From: Selaginella moellendorffii | Taxonomy: Eukaryota; Plantae; Lycopodiophyta | Assembly (NCBI RefSeq): GCF_000143415.4 | Contig: NW_003314380.1 | Span: 82,924 to 146,923, forward strand | Length of the DNA stretch: 64,000 nt | Direction: 5' to 3' | In this document: positions 60,195 to 64,000 of the stretch, one piece after another | Position numbering within the stretch: position 1 is the first letter of the stretch | Layout of the letters: each line of letters starts with the position of its first letter | Made by a program: the position numbers and the translations under genes | The notes under the pieces: model-generated | The model's input: the letters and a program-made list of their open reading frames with translations, nothing else | What the model was told of the DNA's origin: nothing | Database searches by the model: none

Positions 60195-61476
60195 TTAAAT
60201 CTCTCCATCCCATAACGCTTCAATGCTTTCGTATGGACCGCCGGGAGCGACCCATACGCGTCCGACTAGTACTCTCTCCTGCGATAGCAATCAAGGTTAC
60301 ACGAAAGAAACTTGGAGAGAAGAACAATCGCGATACCTGGGGGATGCTCGAGAACTTTGCGAGCTCTTCCTCTGGAATGGAGAAATCAAACACTTGCAGA
60401 TTCGATCTGAGGCGCTCCGCGTTCGTGCTCTTGGGAAGAACCGAGCAGCCTCGCTGCAGCCCCCAGCGCAGAGCGACTTGAGCGGGAGTTTTCCCGAGTT
60501 TCTGCGCGAGATCTTTCACGACGGGGCTCTGGAGCACGCTCTTGCCGGATGATCCCAGTGGAGAGTAAGCCTGCATTGTGATCGTTAGTTAGGATCAAAC
60601 AGAAAAGAAAAAAGATGGAAAACCCTTTACCGAGAGATGGACGCCGCTGGAGATGCAAAAGTCGCGAAGCTTGGCTTGCTGCCAAACGGGGCTACACTCG
60701 ACTTGGTTCACGGCCGGGGGGATCCGAGCAACAGCGAGCAAATCGCCCAGTTTCTTGCAGCTAAAGTTGCTCACGCCGATGGCTCTGGTTTTCTTGGCAT
60801 CGACGAGCTTCTCCATGGCGGCCCAAGTTGCTGGAATGTCGAGAGGAGCAAAATCCGCGGCACTCAATTTGAAACCTCGGACATGTTTCTTCAAATGAAC
60901 TGGCCAGTGAATCTAGATCAAAAAGTTATAAGCTTTTGGAGAAAATACAAGAAAAGCATAGTGTTTTACCAGGTAAAGGTCGAGGTAATCAATCTGGAGA
61001 TCCGCGAGCGTTGCCTCCAAAGCCTTTGACACCTCCTCGGGATCATGATCCGTGCACCTAGATCAAGTTTTAGTTTTCTTCCGGAGATCACGCTCTACGT
61101 ACCAAAGTTTGGAGGTGATCCAGAGATCTTCACGTTTTAGATCACCGGATTTGAAGGCCTCCTGGAGTGCATCTCCAATCTATAGAAAACAGGAGAATTG
61201 ATGGAGCGATTCCTGGAAAAAAAAAGTGAAATTTCCTCACCTCCTTTTGGTTGCCATAAGCGCTTGCGCAGTCCAAGTGACGGTATCCAGCCTAGAGAAA
61301 AGAGAAAGAAGTCTAGAATGGACATGGACACACAAAGAGGAAAGAAATCATACCTGGAGCGCAGCCTTGAGAGCCTCTCCAACGACGCCTTTCTCCGCCT
61401 GCCAAGTTCCAAGGCCGAGGCCGGGCATGAGAGCGCCATTGCTGAGCTTGAATTGGAGCGCGCCCTCGGATCCCAT
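60195..61476 (-). CDS. Aldo-keto reductase (AKR4C-like), multi-exon
   Basis: [71 protein letters not shown]-terminus LWDGEI*. Confidence 0.95.
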
Positions 61477-61555
61477 CAGCGAAAATTCTTGCGCTTTTAG
61501 CATTATATGCTTGAGAATATTCCTTAAAACGTTAATCTTTAAAACAGTTCAGGGT

Positions 61556-61635
61556 TGACGGCTGTGGGATTTGAACCCACGCCCTTTGGGATTGGAGCCT
61601 AAATCCAACGCCTTAGACCACTCGGCCAAACCGTC
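61556..61635 (-). tRNA. tRNA-Leu (UAG)
   Basis: GACGGTTTGGCCGAGTGGTCTAAGGCGTTGGATTTAGGCTCCAATCCCAAAGGGCGTGGGTTCAAATCCCACAGCCGTCA; long variable arm, anticodon TAG. Confidence 0.95.
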
Positions 61636-61737
61636 GTTATCTCCCATTTACAATAATAGAATGTTAATCATGATTAATCTTAACCATCAGTATCTCTTTA
61701 ATCCCCTTGAGCACTAGGGTTTAAGTTCCTCTCTAGA

Positions 61738-63573
61738 ATGCGGATTGTGACGCTCGTCGCAATTGCCTTGCTCGCCGCCGGAGCTGCCCGTGGCGATGGC
61801 GATCCAGCCTCCTGCTCGGTCGATTACAGCTACGTCGGCGCCTTCTCCTCGACTCTGGATCACTGCCGCCGATCGCCTCCGGGTAAGAACAGCAGCGATT
61901 GCTGCTCCGCGCTGCTCACTACCTTTGGGATCGGCCTGGCCGACTACCTCCGGCGATCGGGAGGGTTTGAGTTCGCGGATCTCCCCACGGCCAATGCGTG
62001 CCTGAAATCCTTCCAGGCGGAGCTCGATTCTCACGGCACAGGCACGGATTTCGTCCGGGATTGCCCCTTCGAGCCGCCGATGTTCGTCCAGTCGCCAATC
62101 TGCGCGGGAGTTATGAATATTTCGGACTGGAAGAGGGTCGTGGCTCCAGATCTGGATCGCGCGCTGGAGCGCTCGTGTGGCGGCGATCTTAGCAGCGCCT
62201 TGCGGTGCCAGTCGTGCACGGACGATGTCACCAGGGTTGTTCTTGAGCTCCAGGGCCTCTCCAACAGCACCAGCGTCGGCCAACAGTGTGTTTACGTCTC
62301 GTGCCTCTATGCCGCCGGGGTGGTCAACAAGCTTGGGCCCAAGGAGCCCTCTACAGCAGTGTGTGTCCTTGGCTTGACTCCACCATCGGCAGGAGCTCCG
62401 GGAGGCTCGAGAGGGACCGACGCGAAGCTCTACATTGGCATCGGCGTTGGAGGCTCTGCGATCGCTCTAGCCGGAGCACTGATCGCGTGTATTTTCCTCT
62501 TCCACCGGAGACGGAAGAAGCGGGAGCTTGTCCAGTCGTCGCTGGTGGGACTGTCGAGGATGCCCAACCTGGGGCTCATCAAGTTCAGCTTCGAGGAGAT
62601 CAAAGCTGGCACGCAGAACTTCAGCTCCAAAAACTTCATCGGCGAGGGTGGCTATGGCCGGGTCTATCGAGGAGTTCTCGCAAAGCGTGGGAACTCGGAG
62701 GTGGCGGTGAAAGTCATGAAGGCGAGCTCCAAGGAGAACAATGCCGAGTTTCTCAACGAGGTGGAGGTGATCAACCGGGTGAGACACAGGAATCTCCTCT
62801 ACGTCCGAGGAGCTTGCGTCCATGCAAACGGGCCCGACTCGCAGCACATCCTCGTCTACGACTACATGCCAAACGGCTGCCTGCAAACTTATCTCTCGTC
62901 CGGAACCTTGTCATGGCAGCAGCGCAGGAAGATCGCCATCGGCATAGCAGTCGGGATAAACTACCTCCACAACGAGGTGGAGCCGTCTATCATCCACAGG
63001 GACATCAAGCCGAGCAACATCCTTCTCGACGAGGATCTCAACGCTCGAGTGGCAGACTTTGGGCTCGCGAAGATCAGCCCCGAGGGGATGAGCCACCTTA
63101 CAACCAGAGTGGCTGGAACTCCGATCTACATGGCGGTCGAGTACGCTCTCTACGGCCAGTGCAGCGACAAAGTCGACGTCTACAGCTTTGGGGTCCTACT
63201 CTTGGAGCTCATGAGTGGGAGGAGAGCTCTCGACACGAGCCAAGAGAACCCGGTGCACTACCACATCGTGGACTGGGCGTGGAGCTTGGTCAAGGCCGGA
63301 AGATTGCCGGAGATCATCGATGAGAAGATCCGGGAGAGTGATCCGGCAGCCATTGTTCTCCAGCAGCGGTTCGTGCTGGTTGGCATACTCTGCGCACACT
63401 TGCTGGTGGCGGTCAGGCCTCCGATCTCTCAGGCTCTCAAGCTGCTCGAGGACAACGATACGATCCCCCCGATTCCAGATCGACCACCGCCTTACATCTT
63501 CGCAGGCCACACTCTGGTCGATGGAGAAGAAGTTAACTTATTTTCCAGTTCTTCTCAGACTTCGGCTCCTTGA
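61738..63573 (+). CDS. Receptor-like kinase with Cys-rich SPARK-type ectodomain (RKF3/URK-1 group)
   Basis: Signal peptide, Cys-rich ectodomain (CC..GIGLADYLRRSGGF....TANACLKSFQ), TM helix, and kinase motifs GEGGYG, VAVK, HRDIKPSN and DFG. Confidence 0.9.
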   Translation: MRIVTLVAIALLAAGAARGDGDPASCSVDYSYVGAFSSTLDHCRRSPPGKNSSDCCSALLTTFGIGLADYLRRSGGFEFADLPTANACLKSFQAELDSHGTGTDFVRDCPFEPPMFVQSPICAGVMNISDWKRVVAPDLDRALERSCGGDLSSALRCQSCTDDVTRVVLELQGLSNSTSVGQQCVYVSCLYAAGVVNKLGPKEPSTAVCVLGLTPPSAGAPGGSRGTDAKLYIGIGVGGSAIALAGALIACIFLFHRRRKKRELVQSSLVGLSRMPNLGLIKFSFEEIKAGTQNFSSKNFIGEGGYGRVYRGVLAKRGNSEVAVKVMKASSKENNAEFLNEVEVINRVRHRNLLYVRGACVHANGPDSQHILVYDYMPNGCLQTYLSSGTLSWQQRRKIAIGIAVGINYLHNEVEPSIIHRDIKPSNILLDEDLNARVADFGLAKISPEGMSHLTTRVAGTPIYMAVEYALYGQCSDKVDVYSFGVLLLELMSGRRALDTSQENPVHYHIVDWAWSLVKAGRLPEIIDEKIRESDPAAIVLQQRFVLVGILCAHLLVAVRPPISQALKLLEDNDTIPPIPDRPPPYIFAGHTLVDGEEVNLFSSSSQTSAP

Positions 63574-63652
63574 ACACTATTTTGGAGCAACTCTTTCTCT
63601 CGCTTACGCCATAGAAGCTGTACAGGCTGTGAGAGACTGGAACCTCTCTCTC

Positions 63653-64000
63653 TCACAAAATCTCCACCAGCAACGGGTCCCCGATCGACAAAGCTCTTAT
63701 TCTTCTCACGATCTCCGAGACGTTTCTAGCGCTCCAGGGACGAACCAAGTGCTTGCTCTTCCGGTAAAACACGGCGGGATCGCGCCTCACGCTCGTCTCG
63801 GCCACGTACTTGAACGCTTCGGAGTCGTAGCTCGCTGGCTTCTCCATGGCCAAGAAGAAGAGCGGTATCGCCAGCTCCGGACGGAGCTCCAGTTTCACCC
63901 CGATTGGAACTAGGGCCTTGAAGTCGCTCACGTAGCGGTGGGGGATGTAGAAGGAATCGGAGCTCGAGACAACGAAGTGCATGTCGTCCATGCTCTTCCT
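63653..64000 (-). CDS. STELLO (DUF288) glycosyltransferase-like protein, 3' end only
   Basis: SDSFYIPHRYVSDF..LAIPLFFLAM..PWS..GDPLLVEIL* matches the STELLO C-terminus; the gene continues beyond the window. Confidence 0.75.
   Translation of the reverse strand, partial: RKSMDDMHFVVSSSDSFYIPHRYVSDFKALVPIGVKLELRPELAIPLFFLAMEKPASYDSEAFKYVAETSVRRDPAVFYRKSKHLVRPWSARNVSEIVRRIRALSIGDPLLVEIL

Noticed and set aside
52069-63913. Long antisense or alternative-frame ORFs over TMEM45, PPR, PUB and RLK
   Set aside because: Expected by-products of GC-rich or repetitive coding sequence.
1-64000. CRISPR arrays, rRNA or prokaryotic operons
   Set aside because: None seen; this is eukaryotic, intron-rich sequence.

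Overview
Compact land-plant nuclear DNA, most likely a Selaginella (lycophyte) genome. This is inferred from ~50-60 bp introns, very short intergenic spacers, an SS-type PPR array and a moss-like delta-5 desaturase and CLE motif. Two AT-rich transposon graveyards (~1-14.3 kb and ~22.9-39.2 kb) alternate with gene-dense islands. The first graveyard holds shuffled, intron-containing host gene fragments (kelch protein, plastid PDH E1-alpha), a Helitron Rep relic, a solo LTR and decayed Ty3/gypsy pol. The second holds a three-tier nest of one LTR-retrotransposon family: a decayed old element, containing a solo LTR with GTACC TSD, containing a young 7.3-kb non-autonomous element with CTGCT TSD, PBS and PPT. 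Genes in order: coiled-coil alpha-amylase, TLP18.3, cytochrome-b5-fused delta-5-type desaturase, class I KNOX, cytosolic MDH, an orphan ORF, tRNA-Ile(AAU), CLE peptide, stress-response A/B barrel protein, an Ala-rich orphan ORF, bPH_2 protein, TMEM45, RFC small subunit (with a U12-type intron, and overlapping the next gene), PLS-E PPR, U-box/ARM ligase, AKR, tRNA-Leu(UAG), SPARK-domain RLK and the 3' end of STELLO. Coordinates, exon models and counts were read by eye, so boundaries of decayed elements are approximate. I found no clearly new biological system. The best leads are the self-nesting ABRE-bearing retroelement family, the TGAC cluster in the KNOX intron and the chimeric captured-gene region.
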